Shown: in pieces, positions 38,527 through 48,356 of the stretch
How positions within the stretch are numbered: the stretch's first letter is position 1
Layout: every line of letters starts with the position of its first letter
From: Alphaproteobacteria bacterium
Lineage (GTDB): Bacteria > Pseudomonadota > Alphaproteobacteria > MPNO01 > UBA830
DNA: 64,000 nt
NCBI GenBank assembly: GCA_022822405.1
Contig: JAJEBT010000066.1
Location: 25,464 to 89,463, forward strand
Direction: 5' to 3'
The notes under the pieces: generated by a model
Told to the model about the DNA's origin: nothing
The model's input: only the letters and a program-made list of their open reading frames with translations
Databases searched by the model: none
Translations under genes and position numbers: made by a program

Positions 38527-39717
38527 TCACTCCGCCGCCAGGCCGGACATCTCGAACCCGCGATAGTTCCCTTCCGGGAGCGCCTGCAGGGACGGCATCA
38601 CCTCCGTTGCGAAGAGCCGCATGCTCTTCTCGGTCAGATCGGCCGGCAGCGTTCCGAAATGGGCCAGTGCGACGAAGGTGCCGAAGCCGAGGGCGGCATG
38701 GCATTCAATCAGCTTGCGGCGCACCGTGTCCGGGCTGCCGACGATGACGACACCGTTCTCCATCAGCCCTTCGATGGTCTGCTCCGACATGATGCCGCGC
38801 TTGTGGGCGGCGACCCTCTTCCAAGACTGGAGGGTGAGGTAGCCCGGCGGGAAGAGCGTGTCGAACGGCAGATGGAGAAACTTGTTGAACAGCGCCTCCA
38901 TGTGGCTGCCGGCCTCCGCAACCGCGCGTTCATCGCTCTCGGCGACATAGACCGGCGCGGTCCAGGCGATCTGCTCCGAAGCCGCCTCGTATCCGTAACG
39001 CGTCTGGGCGACCTCGCGGTACTGGTCGAGGAACTTGCAGACATTGCGGAACGGGCTGTAGTTCTGGGCATAGACGTAGCGCCGGTCCGGGTGGGCCGCC
39101 CATTCTATGGTCTCGGTGGAGCCCAGCGACGGGCACCAGATTGGCGGGTGCGGATCCTGATAGGGCCGCGGCCACACATTGACGTACTCGAAATGATAGT
39201 GCCGGCCCTCGAAGGCGAAGGGGCCTTCCTCGGTCCACGCCCTGACGATGAGGTCGTGCGCCTCCATGTGGCGCTCATGGCTGAGCGTGGGGTTGGCCGC
39301 CATCGAGTAGAACTCGGCGCCGATGCCGCGCACGAAACCGGTGATCAGGCGGCCCGCGGTGATGCAGTCGATCATGGCGTGTTCCTCGGCAAGGGTCAGC
39401 GGATGTTCGCGGAGCGCAAACGCGTTGCCGAGAATGGCGATTCTGCAGTTCGTGGTGCGCCGCGCCAGCGACGAGGCCATGACCACGGGCGACGGCATCA
39501 GACCGTAGGCGTTCTGGTGGTGCTCGTTGACGGCGATGCCATCGAATCCGAGCTCGGCCGCGAGTTCGAGCTCGTCGAGATAGCGGTTGTAGAGTTCATG
39601 CCCGATGCGCGGGTCGAACAGCCTGTTGGGCAGGGTCACCCAGGCCGAGGGATGCCGGTCCCGCTCTTCCATGTCCAGCGCCGCGTACGGCATCAGGTGG
39701 AACATGAACAGCTTCAT
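38527..39717 (-). CDS. LLM-class flavin-dependent oxidoreductase
   Basis: MKLFMFHLMPY...VNEHHQNAYGLMPSP...ILGNAFALREHPL is the luciferase-like monooxygenase pattern. Confidence 0.8.
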   Translation of the reverse strand: MKLFMFHLMPYAALDMEERDRHPSAWVTLPNRLFDPRIGHELYNRYLDELELAAELGFDGIAVNEHHQNAYGLMPSPVVMASSLARRTTNCRIAILGNAFALREHPLTLAEEHAMIDCITAGRLITGFVRGIGAEFYSMAANPTLSHERHMEAHDLIVRAWTEEGPFAFEGRHYHFEYVNVWPRPYQDPHPPIWCPSLGSTETIEWAAHPDRRYVYAQNYSPFRNVCKFLDQYREVAQTRYGYEAASEQIAWTAPVYVAESDERAVAEAGSHMEALFNKFLHLPFDTLFPPGYLTLQSWKRVAAHKRGIMSEQTIEGLMENGVVIVGSPDTVRRKLIECHAALGFGTFVALAHFGTLPADLTEKSMRLFATEVMPSLQALPEGNYRGFEMSGLAAE

Positions 39718-39718
39718 G

Positions 39719-40504
39719 TCAGGCGGCCTGTCTCCCGAGGAAGCCGGTCAGCGAATCGACGAACGGGCCGGGTTTCTCGATATGCGGCAGGTGGCCGGCG
39801 CGGTCGATGATCGTCACTTCGGCGCCCGGAATGATGCGGCCGAACTCGTCCGCATAGGCGACGTCGACGATGCGGTCCGTGTCGCCCCAGATCACGTGGG
39901 TCGGGACCGTGATCCGGTGCAGCCACTTGCGGAGGGACGGGTTGAACAGCCGCGGCTGCCAGCCGAGGCGGGCGGTCGAGACCCGGTTGCGGAGCCGGAT
40001 GTCGGTTTCCTCCTCGGTCAACTCCGCATTGATGATCCCGTCCGCGAAGCTCTGGTCGACGAACAACTCGCGGGCGAGATCGTCCGGATCCATGATGAAA
40101 ATGTCGGCGATCGGCTTGCCCTTGATGCGGATCCCGGCCGTGCCGATCAGGGTCAGGCTCCGGAGCCGGGTGGAGTTGCGCACGGCGATTTCCATGGCAA
40201 GCCAGCCGCCGAGCGAGTTGCCGACGAGATGAACGCCCTCAAGCTGCCGCTTCTCGAGGAAATCGAGATAGAACATCGCCAGATCGCCGATGTCGTCGAG
40301 CCATTCCGGCTCGTCCGAGCGACCGTAAGTGGGGTGGTCGGGAACGTGGAGGTCGAAGGAGTCCGAAAGCGTGTCGAAGGCCGGTATCCAGCCCGGGACG
40401 CCGCTTGCACCGTGCAGGAACAGCATCGGGTCGCCCGAGCCTCCGCGGCGCAGGAAGATGTTGCATTCCCTGATTCCGACCATGCTCTCCGTGCATTCTG
40501 CCAT
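39719..40504 (-). CDS. alpha/beta hydrolase (meta-cleavage-product hydrolase-like)
   Basis: Oxyanion LFLHG, nucleophile elbow GNSLGG, and a C-terminal ...IDRAGHLPHIEKP histidine motif. Confidence 0.8.
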   Translation of the reverse strand: MAECTESMVGIRECNIFLRRGGSGDPMLFLHGASGVPGWIPAFDTLSDSFDLHVPDHPTYGRSDEPEWLDDIGDLAMFYLDFLEKRQLEGVHLVGNSLGGWLAMEIAVRNSTRLRSLTLIGTAGIRIKGKPIADIFIMDPDDLARELFVDQSFADGIINAELTEEETDIRLRNRVSTARLGWQPRLFNPSLRKWLHRITVPTHVIWGDTDRIVDVAYADEFGRIIPGAEVTIIDRAGHLPHIEKPGPFVDSLTGFLGRQAA

Positions 40505-40521
40505 GTTGCTCGCCGTCCTTG

Positions 40522-41364
40522 TCAGTTTGTTTCATCGCCGCCGGACCCGGACCGCGCCTGATCGGCGCTGCCGAGGCCGGGTTTGTACTTCTTGTCGAGG
40601 AACTCGCCGATCCCCTCGTTGCGGAAGGCGTCATCCTGACGCTGCGTATGCCATGCCTGCATTGCCCCGGCATAGTTCATCGCTGAATCCCAGTCCATCG
40701 CGAGGGAATGGAAATAGGCCTCCTTCGTCGCCTGCAGCGCCGAGGCGTCCTTCGCCGCGATCTCGCGGGCCAGCGCCATGACGTTGTCGCGCAGCTCGTC
40801 GCGCGGCACCGCGTAGTTCACGAAACCCATCTCCGCGGCGCGCCGGCCGTCGAACGGCCGGCCGGTCAGGGCGTAGAGCTTGTAGTCCCGGGGGCGCAGC
40901 AGGTTGCCCATCGACTTCGATACGCTGCCGCCGGGGAACATCTTGAAGTTGATCTCGCTCAGTCCCATCTTCGCCTCCTCGGCGGCGACGGCGAGGTCGC
41001 AGGCCTCGACGATGGTAAAGGCGCCGCCGAAGCAGTGGCCGTTGACCATGGCGATGGTTGGCTTGGGAAAGAGGCGCAGCGTCCGTCCGCGCCATTCGAT
41101 GGCGACCCGCGAGGCGCGGTCGTAGGCGGCCGGATCGTCACGGAGATCCATGAAGAATTCCTTGAGGTCCATGCCGGCGCAGAAGGATTTGCCGGCGCCG
41201 GTGAGCACGAGCACGCGGCAGCGCGGATCGTTGCGCAGCCGTTCGAGCGCATCGGTCATCTCCTCGCCGAGAACCGGATTCATCGCGTTGCGCTTCTCGG
41301 GCCGGTTGAGCGTGAGCGTCGCCACCCCGTCATCGAACTCAACCAGTATGGTCGTGTAGTCCAT
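40522..41364 (-). CDS. enoyl-CoA hydratase/lyase resembling hydroxycinnamoyl-CoA hydratase-lyase (HCHL)
   Basis: The ATG at 41364 gives MDYTTILVEFDDGVATLTLNRPEKRNAM...VLVLTGAGKSFCAGMDLKEFF...KPTIAMVNGHCFGGAF...GLSEINF...PGGSVSK...FLDKKYKPGL. From memory this is colinear with Pseudomonas HCHL. The remaining 944 codons of listed ORF 40522..44205 are antisense to asmA and rejected. Confidence 0.7.
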   Translation of the reverse strand: MDYTTILVEFDDGVATLTLNRPEKRNAMNPVLGEEMTDALERLRNDPRCRVLVLTGAGKSFCAGMDLKEFFMDLRDDPAAYDRASRVAIEWRGRTLRLFPKPTIAMVNGHCFGGAFTIVEACDLAVAAEEAKMGLSEINFKMFPGGSVSKSMGNLLRPRDYKLYALTGRPFDGRRAAEMGFVNYAVPRDELRDNVMALAREIAAKDASALQATKEAYFHSLAMDWDSAMNYAGAMQAWHTQRQDDAFRNEGIGEFLDKKYKPGLGSADQARSGSGGDETN

Positions 41365-41784
41365 TGCCGCCCTCCTGCCGCGCTCCGGCCCGAGAATGGC
41401 ATCCAAAGTGCAGTTTCGCCCGGTTACAGTCAAGCTGAGCGTGACGGAGAGCGCTCTTGCCGCTGCCCGCATTGTCGGTTTGTGCAATTCGTGATAGCGT
41501 CCGTGGGCACCATGGGTGGACGCTGGCTCGCCATGTTGCACGCGTCGGTAGCACAGGGCCGACGGCGCTACCCGGCCGGACAACTCAGGATGCCATGGGA
41601 TTCGGAACCGGCCCTTCCGGACGCCGCGGAGCCCCTTGATTCGATGTCTGCCATGCTGCCGGGAAATCAACCGGGATCGGAGTGCCGGAATCGATCCCGC
41701 CTGCAGGGAGGCCGCTGGTTGGTGTGCCATCGTGTCCGGCCCCGGCACGTCCGCGCATGTGACTCCGGTTACTGACGTCAGACC

Positions 41785-44700
41785 ATGATCCGGCGCGTGA
41801 TATACGGCATCGGTGGCATCGCGATCACCCTGATTCTGGTCTTCCTCGCCTTTCCAAGGCTGGTTGACCTCGATGGCTTCAAGCCCCGCATCGCCGCGGA
41901 ATTCCAGAAAGCGACCGGCAGGGTCCTGGCGCTCGACGGAAAGCTCGACATCGATTTCGTGCCCTATCCGCGCTTGGCCGCGTCCGATGTTCGGGTCCTC
42001 AATACCACGGATGACGCCGCTTTCGAGCTGGTGACGCTGAAGGCCTTCAAGCTGGGTGTCCGGTTGATGCCGCTGTTGCGCGGCGAGATCGAGATCTCCG
42101 ACATCGAGGTGGTTGAACCGCTGGTGCGGCTTGAACGGCTTCCCGATGGCCGCGGCAACTGGCAAACGGCGGCGGTCGGGTCGCCGTTCGACCCGCCGCC
42201 CGCGCCGCGCGCCGGCGCTCGGGGGATCCTGGGGACCGGAGGCGATCTGCGGATCAATTCGCTGAGGATCACGGACGGCACGTTCAGCTATCGAGACGCG
42301 GCGGGTGCGGTCGAGCGGATCGACGGGGTGACCGTCGATGTCACTGCCGGATCGCTGGCCGGCCCGTTCACCGTCAGGGGGGCTATGACGGTGCGCCGCC
42401 AGGCCGTCAGGGTCGACGCCTATGTCGGGCGGTACGTCGAGGGCGAGCCACTGGCGGTTTCGCTGCGGGCGGTTTCTGACGGCGACACCGCCGCGCTCTC
42501 GGCAAAGGGCCATATGGATCTCTCGGGCGCGGGGCCAAGGCTGCTCGTGGACGCCGCGCTCAAGGGACCCAGCCTCGGGGCATTCCTTGCCGTGCTGCCG
42601 GCGCTCGGCCCGTCGGCGGGTTTCGACCATCCGTTCAGCCTTGCGGCCACCGTGGATGCCGACGAGCGCGAGGTGAGGCTGAGGGGCATGTCGGTCAACC
42701 TTGGCGGCGTGACGGCGACGGGGACGGCGACGCTTCCGCTCGGCGGCAGTACCGCAACACGGATAGCGCTGGATGCGGATCGGCTCGATGTCGACGCCCT
42801 GGTCGGAATGGCCCGTCCGCCGCCCGACGGTGCCGCCGGGGAGGCTGTTCAGCTGCCGACGGATATCGATGTGGAGATGAAGCTGACGGCCGACGAGTTC
42901 ATCGTTGAGCGAAGGCCGGTCCGAGACCTGCGGATGACGGCCTCGCTCAGGGATGGCGAGTTCTCCGTCGCCAGGCTTTCCGCGCGCCTGCCGGGCGAGG
43001 CGGCCGTCGAGCTGAGCGGCAGTGCTGAAGCGCATCGCGGCAAGCTCGAATATCGGGGACGACTGCTGCTTCGCGCAAGCGATACGCGCTCGCTGCTGGG
43101 CTGGATGGGCGTGGATGCGGCGGCGGTGGCAGAAGACCGCCTGCAGAGACTCTCGATCCGGGCGGAGATAGCCGGAAACCTGTCCGAGATGCGTTTCGCC
43201 GACATACGCGGCCAGCTCGATGCATCGAACCTGCGTGGCGGCGTCACGCTGGCCCTGAGCCGCCGCCCGGCATTTGGCGCCAATCTGAGCGTCGACCAGC
43301 TCAATATCGACGGCTACGTCGACAATGCGCGCACGCCCGCTGAGGCCGTGCCGTCCGCTGCCGCGGCTGGAGCATCCGGCGGCGGCGAGGCCGCGCCGCG
43401 GGACCGGGTCGGCGTTCTTCCTGCCGCCCTCGGGGAGTTTGACGCCAACGTCGCGCTCCGGGTTGGCGCGCTGGGCTATCGCGGGACCATCGCAAGCGGC
43501 GTTCGCCTCGACGGAACGCTGCAGGACGGCGCGCTGACGATACGCGAGGCGAGCGTACGCAACCTTGCCGGCGCAAGTCTCCGGTTCAGAGGGACGCTGG
43601 CCAACCTCGCCGGAGCGCCCAAGGCCAGGGCCAGCCTTGCTGCGGCAGCGGATGACCCGGGACCGCTCCTGGGGCTTTTCGGGTTCGATACGCTCGCCGG
43701 CATCGAGAGACCAGGGCCGCTGCGCCTGTCCGCCCGCGCCGAGTCCGTGCCCGACGGGCTCGAAATCGACAGCACGCTCGAAATCGCGGGCGCCACCCTG
43801 GCTGTGGCCGGGACGGGACCGTCGCTCAAGGCCCTGCTTGCGGGATCGCTCGACGGTGGCCGCGAGCTGCGCTTCGAGGCGCAGCATCCCGACCCTGGCC
43901 AGCTTGCCGCCCTCCTTGGCGGGACCGCGGAAAGCCAGGGTGGCGAAATCCGCGCGAACGTTGTCGCGACGCGCGCGGACGGAAGCATCGGGATCCGGGG
44001 CGAGGCCAAGTTCGATGGCGGAAGTGCAAGCGTTTCGGGCCGGATTCTCGAGCCGCTCGCATCGCCGGGGTTCGATGTTGAGGCCAGTCTCCGCCATCCG
44101 GACCTGGTTCGGCTCTTGCAGCTCTTCGGCGCGGATTTCGGGCCGGTTCGAGGAGATTTCGGCGGCGTGTTCCTCGAAGCCGCACTCGAGGGCGACGGCG
44201 AGCATTTCTCGGTCGACCGTCTGGCGGGCAGCGTCGGCGCCGTTGACATCGCCGGCAGCGGTTCCTACCGCTCGGCCGAGCCGCGTCCGAGGGTGGAACT
44301 GACCCTGTCTTCGGGCCTGGTTCCCACGGACGATTTCTCCGGAAAGTCGCTACCCGGGAGCGTCCTGCCTGACGAGGCGGCGGCACAGGAGGATGCGGAA
44401 CGATGGTCGCCGGTGCCGTTCGATCCCGCACTGCTCCGGCGGTTCGATTCCCGGATCGGGCTGCAGGCCCGGGCGCTGCTTCACAAGTCTCTTCGCATCG
44501 ATACGCCGCGCCTGCTTGCCACCCTCGAGGATGGGGTCCTGTCGATCGAAGAGATGACCGGAACGATTTCCGGCGGCGCGTTTCGGGCAACCGGCGCACT
44601 CGATGTCCGCGATCTTCCGGTCGCCAGGCTATCTCTGGCAGTCGACGGCGCCGAGGTTGCGGCACCGCTGTTCGAAACTGGCGCCTTCGACATCGCCGGC

Positions 44701-45861
44701 GGCGAGCTGGATATCGACGTCGATCTCGAAGCCCGAGGACGCTCCGAACACGAAATGGTGCGGACACTTGACGGCTCGGGCCGGTTCTCAATCCGGAACG
44801 GCCGCATCAGCGGCCTCGATCTCGGCCGCATCTCCGAAGCGGTGGAAAACTCTGATCCGGAAGCGAATCTTGCGGATCTGCTCGAGCGGGCCATGAGTGG
44901 CGGAGAAACCGTTTTCTCGGCGCTCGACGGCAGCTTCGATCTGGAGCGCGGCATCCTGCGGGTCGGGCATCTGGGATTGCGAACGCCGACGGTGTCTGGA
45001 GATGCGGCCGGCCGCATCGATCTGCCGCGATGGGACGTGGATGTGGAAGCGGAATACCGGCTGGCGGATCCGGATGCGCCGGTCTTCCACATGCGCCTCG
45101 TCGGCTTGCCGGACCGGCCGCGGCGCATTCTTGGTTTCCAGGACCTGCTCCTGTGGGCGCTTGCCCGTGGTGTCGAGAAGGTGCCGGAACCCGAGGCGCC
45201 CGAGGAGATGGCGGCCGAGCCGGACCGGCCTTCGCGTCCGGAAACGGAAGCGGGGCCCGCCGGGGCCGACCTCGCGCCTCAGGCCACGGCAGCGGAGCCT
45301 CCGGAGGCGGCCGCGGTGCGCTCGGGGACCGCGCCCGCACCTCCGAAGGCAGCAGCGAGCGCTCCCGAAGCGGTATTGACGCCGGCGGCGGTGCCCGAGG
45401 TTGCGCCGCTTCCCGGGGTGGCTGCAAAGGCCCCCGAAACGGCGTCGGAGTCTCCTGAAGCCGGGGAGGGTTCCGGAACGGCATCCATACCTCCGAAGGC
45501 GGCGGCGAGCGCCCCCGAGTCGGCATCGACGCCTCCGGCGGCGACGCAAGAGGTTCCAGAGATGCTTCCATCGCCTCCGGTGGCGGTGAGAATTCCCGAA
45601 GCGGAGCCGGAGTCCGGAACGGCATCGACGTTGCAGAAGGCGCCGGCGAAGGTGTCCGCGGAGGTGCCGCCGGATCCCGAAACGGCGCTGGAGGTCCCGG
45701 AAACGGCATCGGTGATTCCCGATGCGGTGGCGTCTCCTGCAACCGAAACACCCGCGGCTGGTGGCGAACCTTCGGAATCCGGAGGGCAATCGGGACAGGA
45801 CAAGGGTCCGCAGTTCGATCCTGACAAGCTGATCAGGGATCTGCTCGAAGAAGTTCGCTGA
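41785..45861 (+). CDS. AsmA-family outer-membrane biogenesis protein with Pro/Ala/Glu-rich repetitive C-terminal region
   Basis: 1358 aa. It has an N-terminal TM segment (GIGGIAITLILVFLAF), an AsmA-like start (PRLVDLDGFKPRIAAEFQKATGR) and the long beta-rich body typical of AsmA/TamB-like proteins. Confidence 0.8.
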   Translation: MIRRVIYGIGGIAITLILVFLAFPRLVDLDGFKPRIAAEFQKATGRVLALDGKLDIDFVPYPRLAASDVRVLNTTDDAAFELVTLKAFKLGVRLMPLLRGEIEISDIEVVEPLVRLERLPDGRGNWQTAAVGSPFDPPPAPRAGARGILGTGGDLRINSLRITDGTFSYRDAAGAVERIDGVTVDVTAGSLAGPFTVRGAMTVRRQAVRVDAYVGRYVEGEPLAVSLRAVSDGDTAALSAKGHMDLSGAGPRLLVDAALKGPSLGAFLAVLPALGPSAGFDHPFSLAATVDADEREVRLRGMSVNLGGVTATGTATLPLGGSTATRIALDADRLDVDALVGMARPPPDGAAGEAVQLPTDIDVEMKLTADEFIVERRPVRDLRMTASLRDGEFSVARLSARLPGEAAVELSGSAEAHRGKLEYRGRLLLRASDTRSLLGWMGVDAAAVAEDRLQRLSIRAEIAGNLSEMRFADIRGQLDASNLRGGVTLALSRRPAFGANLSVDQLNIDGYVDNARTPAEAVPSAAAAGASGGGEAAPRDRVGVLPAALGEFDANVALRVGALGYRGTIASGVRLDGTLQDGALTIREASVRNLAGASLRFRGTLANLAGAPKARASLAAAADDPGPLLGLFGFDTLAGIERPGPLRLSARAESVPDGLEIDSTLEIAGATLAVAGTGPSLKALLAGSLDGGRELRFEAQHPDPGQLAALLGGTAESQGGEIRANVVATRADGSIGIRGEAKFDGGSASVSGRILEPLASPGFDVEASLRHPDLVRLLQLFGADFGPVRGDFGGVFLEAALEGDGEHFSVDRLAGSVGAVDIAGSGSYRSAEPRPRVELTLSSGLVPTDDFSGKSLPGSVLPDEAAAQEDAERWSPVPFDPALLRRFDSRIGLQARALLHKSLRIDTPRLLATLEDGVLSIEEMTGTISGGAFRATGALDVRDLPVARLSLAVDGAEVAAPLFETGAFDIAGGELDIDVDLEARGRSEHEMVRTLDGSGRFSIRNGRISGLDLGRISEAVENSDPEANLADLLERAMSGGETVFSALDGSFDLERGILRVGHLGLRTPTVSGDAAGRIDLPRWDVDVEAEYRLADPDAPVFHMRLVGLPDRPRRILGFQDLLLWALARGVEKVPEPEAPEEMAAEPDRPSRPETEAGPAGADLAPQATAAEPPEAAAVRSGTAPAPPKAAASAPEAVLTPAAVPEVAPLPGVAAKAPETASESPEAGEGSGTASIPPKAAASAPESASTPPAATQEVPEMLPSPPVAVRIPEAEPESGTASTLQKAPAKVSAEVPPDPETALEVPETASVIPDAVASPATETPAAGGEPSESGGQSGQDKGPQFDPDKLIRDLLEEVR

Positions 45862-46020
45862 CCGGCCGGCGTGAACCGGAGCGACGTCCGCCATCTCTGG
45901 AGGCCATGTGTCACTGCGGCCGGAACGGCAAAATTTCGGGGCCGATTCGGAATTGGGCTGGCGAAGGCCCGACCGCAATGTTACACATCATATTGGTGTG
46001 ATCATGGAAGGATACGCAAA

Positions 46021-46362
46021 ATGGCTACATCCCCAAGTCGCAGGACCTCGCCGGTCAAGGAGGCGATGACCAAGGCACAACTCGTCGAATCGCTTTCGGA
46101 ATCGACCGGACTTGAAAAGAAACAGGTGCGTTTGGTGCTGGATGAGCTTTCGGGCGTCATTGAGCGCCATGTCAAGAGACGTGCCGTCGGCACTTTCACG
46201 CTGCCGGGACTTCTGAAGATCAAGATCGTGCGGAAACCGGCCAGGAAGGCCCGCAAGATGACCAATCCCTTCAATGGGCAGGAAATCACCGTGGCCGCCA
46301 AGCCGGCGTCGAGAGGCCTGAAGATCCAAGCGCTGAGCGGCCTCAAGCGGATGGCGGAGTAG
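46021..46362 (+). CDS. HU/IHF-family DNA-binding protein with short N-terminal extension
   Basis: The ATG at 46021 gives ...MTKAQLVESLSESTGLEKKQVRLVLDELSGVIERHV...FTLPGLLKIKIVRKPARKARKMTNPFNGQEITVAAKP, the HU fold pattern. Confidence 0.8.
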   Translation: MATSPSRRTSPVKEAMTKAQLVESLSESTGLEKKQVRLVLDELSGVIERHVKRRAVGTFTLPGLLKIKIVRKPARKARKMTNPFNGQEITVAAKPASRGLKIQALSGLKRMAE

Positions 46363-46570
46363 TAGGGAAACAAACGCGGCTTTTTGGCCCCCGAGACGGG
46401 TTGCCACCGGCATCTGCAGCGCGGCGTACCGTGGCGTTTCCGGTCTTACCGCACACCACCGGCGTCAGAGACAGCGGAGGCGGGTGGCGGTATCGCCACG
46501 GGCAATCTGGCGCTGCGAGTTAAGGCTGCGTTCGGCCACGGTGTCGGGGCGGTCGACCGGGAGAGTGTCC

Positions 46571-47038
46571 ATGTCCGGAACAGTCGAGGCAAGACTTGCC
46601 GAAATGGGTTTCAAGCTTCCGGAGGCGGCGTCGCCCAAGGTGGCCCGGATCCGCAACTGGAAGATCGCTGGTTCGCTCCTGTTCGTGTCGGGGCAGGTGC
46701 CGAGAATCGACAACGAGATCGCTTTCATCGGCAAGGTCGGGCGTGAGTTCACCCTGGAGGAGGGGCAGGATGCGGCGCGAACAAGCGCCCTGATGGTACT
46801 TGCCTGCGCCAAGGACGCCCTTGGCGATCTCGACCGCATCGAGGAAATCGTGCGCGTCAAGGGTTACGTCAACGTCGACCCCGAGTTCACCGCTGTGTCC
46901 GCCGTCGTCAACGGCGCATCCGATCTTTTCAATGACCTGTTCGGCGAGCCCGGGCGCCACGCCCGGACCGCAATCGGGGCAGCGTCGATGCCCTTCGGCG
47001 TGGCAATCGAGGTCGAGGCAACCTTTCAGTTCACCTGA
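46571..47038 (+). CDS. RidA/YjgF family protein
   Basis: The ATG at 46571 gives MSGTVEARLAEMGFKLP...GSLLFVSGQVP...ARTAIGAASMPFGVAIEVEATF, the RidA-family pattern. Confidence 0.8.
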   Translation: MSGTVEARLAEMGFKLPEAASPKVARIRNWKIAGSLLFVSGQVPRIDNEIAFIGKVGREFTLEEGQDAARTSALMVLACAKDALGDLDRIEEIVRVKGYVNVDPEFTAVSAVVNGASDLFNDLFGEPGRHARTAIGAASMPFGVAIEVEATFQFT

Positions 47039-48039
47039 AAGCCGAGAGGGTCGAAGCCAGTCTCGGGATAGAGACCCGCCTCGCGGGCACGCGAGCGCAG
47101 CAACGCGTAGACCAGATCGATCATCGGCGTCGAAACACCGGCAAGCCGTCCGAGTTCGACGATGGCGCCGGTGATCCCGTCCACCTCCATGGGACGTCCC
47201 CGCTCGAGATCCTGAAGTAGAGACGTCTTATGGCCTGCCACCTCGGAGGTGGCGGCGATCCTGCTCTGGATGTCCTGCCTGAAGGTTACGCCGAACGCTT
47301 CGCCGACGGCCTGGACCTCCTCCATGATGGCGATGGCGAGATGCCGGAGATCCTCGTGCTCGACGAGGGGCCCCAACTTTGCCATGGCCAGTGTCGCCAT
47401 CGGGCTAAACGAGACGTTGCCCCAGATCTTGACCCAGACCTCGTTGCGGATGTCCGTACGGGTGGGAGCGCGGAGCCCTGCGGCTTCCATCACCGAGGCG
47501 ACCGCCGCGAGGCGTTCAGAGGACGAGCCGTCGGGTTCGCCGAGCGCGAACACGCGGTTGCCGATATTGCGGATGACGCCGGGCCGCACGACCTCATTGC
47601 TCGACGTGATGACGCACCCGATGACGCGTTCGCACCCGATGGCGGACGCAATCTTTCGTCCCGGATCCACCGTCTGCAATGCGCGGTTGTCGAACGGGCC
47701 GCCGTGGGCGTGGAAGTACCAGAACGGTATTCCGTTCTGCGCCGAGACGACCACCGTTTCCGGACCGATCAGCGGTCGGGCCGCCTGCGCCGCCGCGGCG
47801 AGGCCATGCGCCTTGACGGCCATGAACACGACGTCCTGAGGCCCCAGCTCCCGGGGTTTGTCCGTTGCCGGGACCCTGGCCGTGAACTGCTCGCCGTCGG
47901 TAATGACTTCGAGGCCATCAACGCGAAGCGCGGCGAGATGGGGCCCGCGCGCCACCAGCGACACTTCGGCGCCGGAACGGGCGACCATGCCGCCGACGAA
48001 TCCGCCGACTGCGCCGGCACCGAACACGCAGAACTTCAT
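47026..48039 (-). CDS. panE: 2-dehydropantoate 2-reductase
   Basis: The ATG at 48039 gives MKFCVFGAGAVGGFVGGMVARSG...KTSLLQDLERGRPMEVD, the PanE/ApbA motifs. The upstream part of listed ORF 47026..49662 is antisense to the fumarase gene. Confidence 0.8.
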   Translation of the reverse strand: MKFCVFGAGAVGGFVGGMVARSGAEVSLVARGPHLAALRVDGLEVITDGEQFTARVPATDKPRELGPQDVVFMAVKAHGLAAAAQAARPLIGPETVVVSAQNGIPFWYFHAHGGPFDNRALQTVDPGRKIASAIGCERVIGCVITSSNEVVRPGVIRNIGNRVFALGEPDGSSSERLAAVASVMEAAGLRAPTRTDIRNEVWVKIWGNVSFSPMATLAMAKLGPLVEHEDLRHLAIAIMEEVQAVGEAFGVTFRQDIQSRIAATSEVAGHKTSLLQDLERGRPMEVDGITGAIVELGRLAGVSTPMIDLVYALLRSRAREAGLYPETGFDPLGFQVN

Positions 48040-48356
48040 CTGACGGGCCCGTCCCGGCGGAGTTCGGCCAGACGGCGCCATGGCTGGATCGACAGCCAGC
48101 ATCGTGCTGCGCCCGGGGTCGAAGGCAGGGCGAACGTCTGCGCCTCGAGGCGGCAACCCGACTCCGCGATGTCGAACGGTTCGGCGAATGAGTGCCTCGG
48201 CGGTACCTTGCCGTTGAAGACCGGAAGGTGCGGGCAGGGGGCTTCGACCTTCCGGAGCGGTTCGCCGGTGTCGCAGGCGCCTGCCGCGGAGCCGCGCCGA
48301 ACCGTAGCCGCGCGTCGGTCGTCGGGAAGCGCCGTCATCGCCCGGGAGCAGGCCTG

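Noticed and set aside
41365-44205. Upstream 944 codons of the listed 1227-aa minus-strand ORF (40522..44205)
   Set aside because: Only the last 280 codons, from the ATG at 41364, form a coherent crotonase. The rest is antisense to asmA and spans a 420-nt intergenic region, with an Arg/Pro-rich composition.
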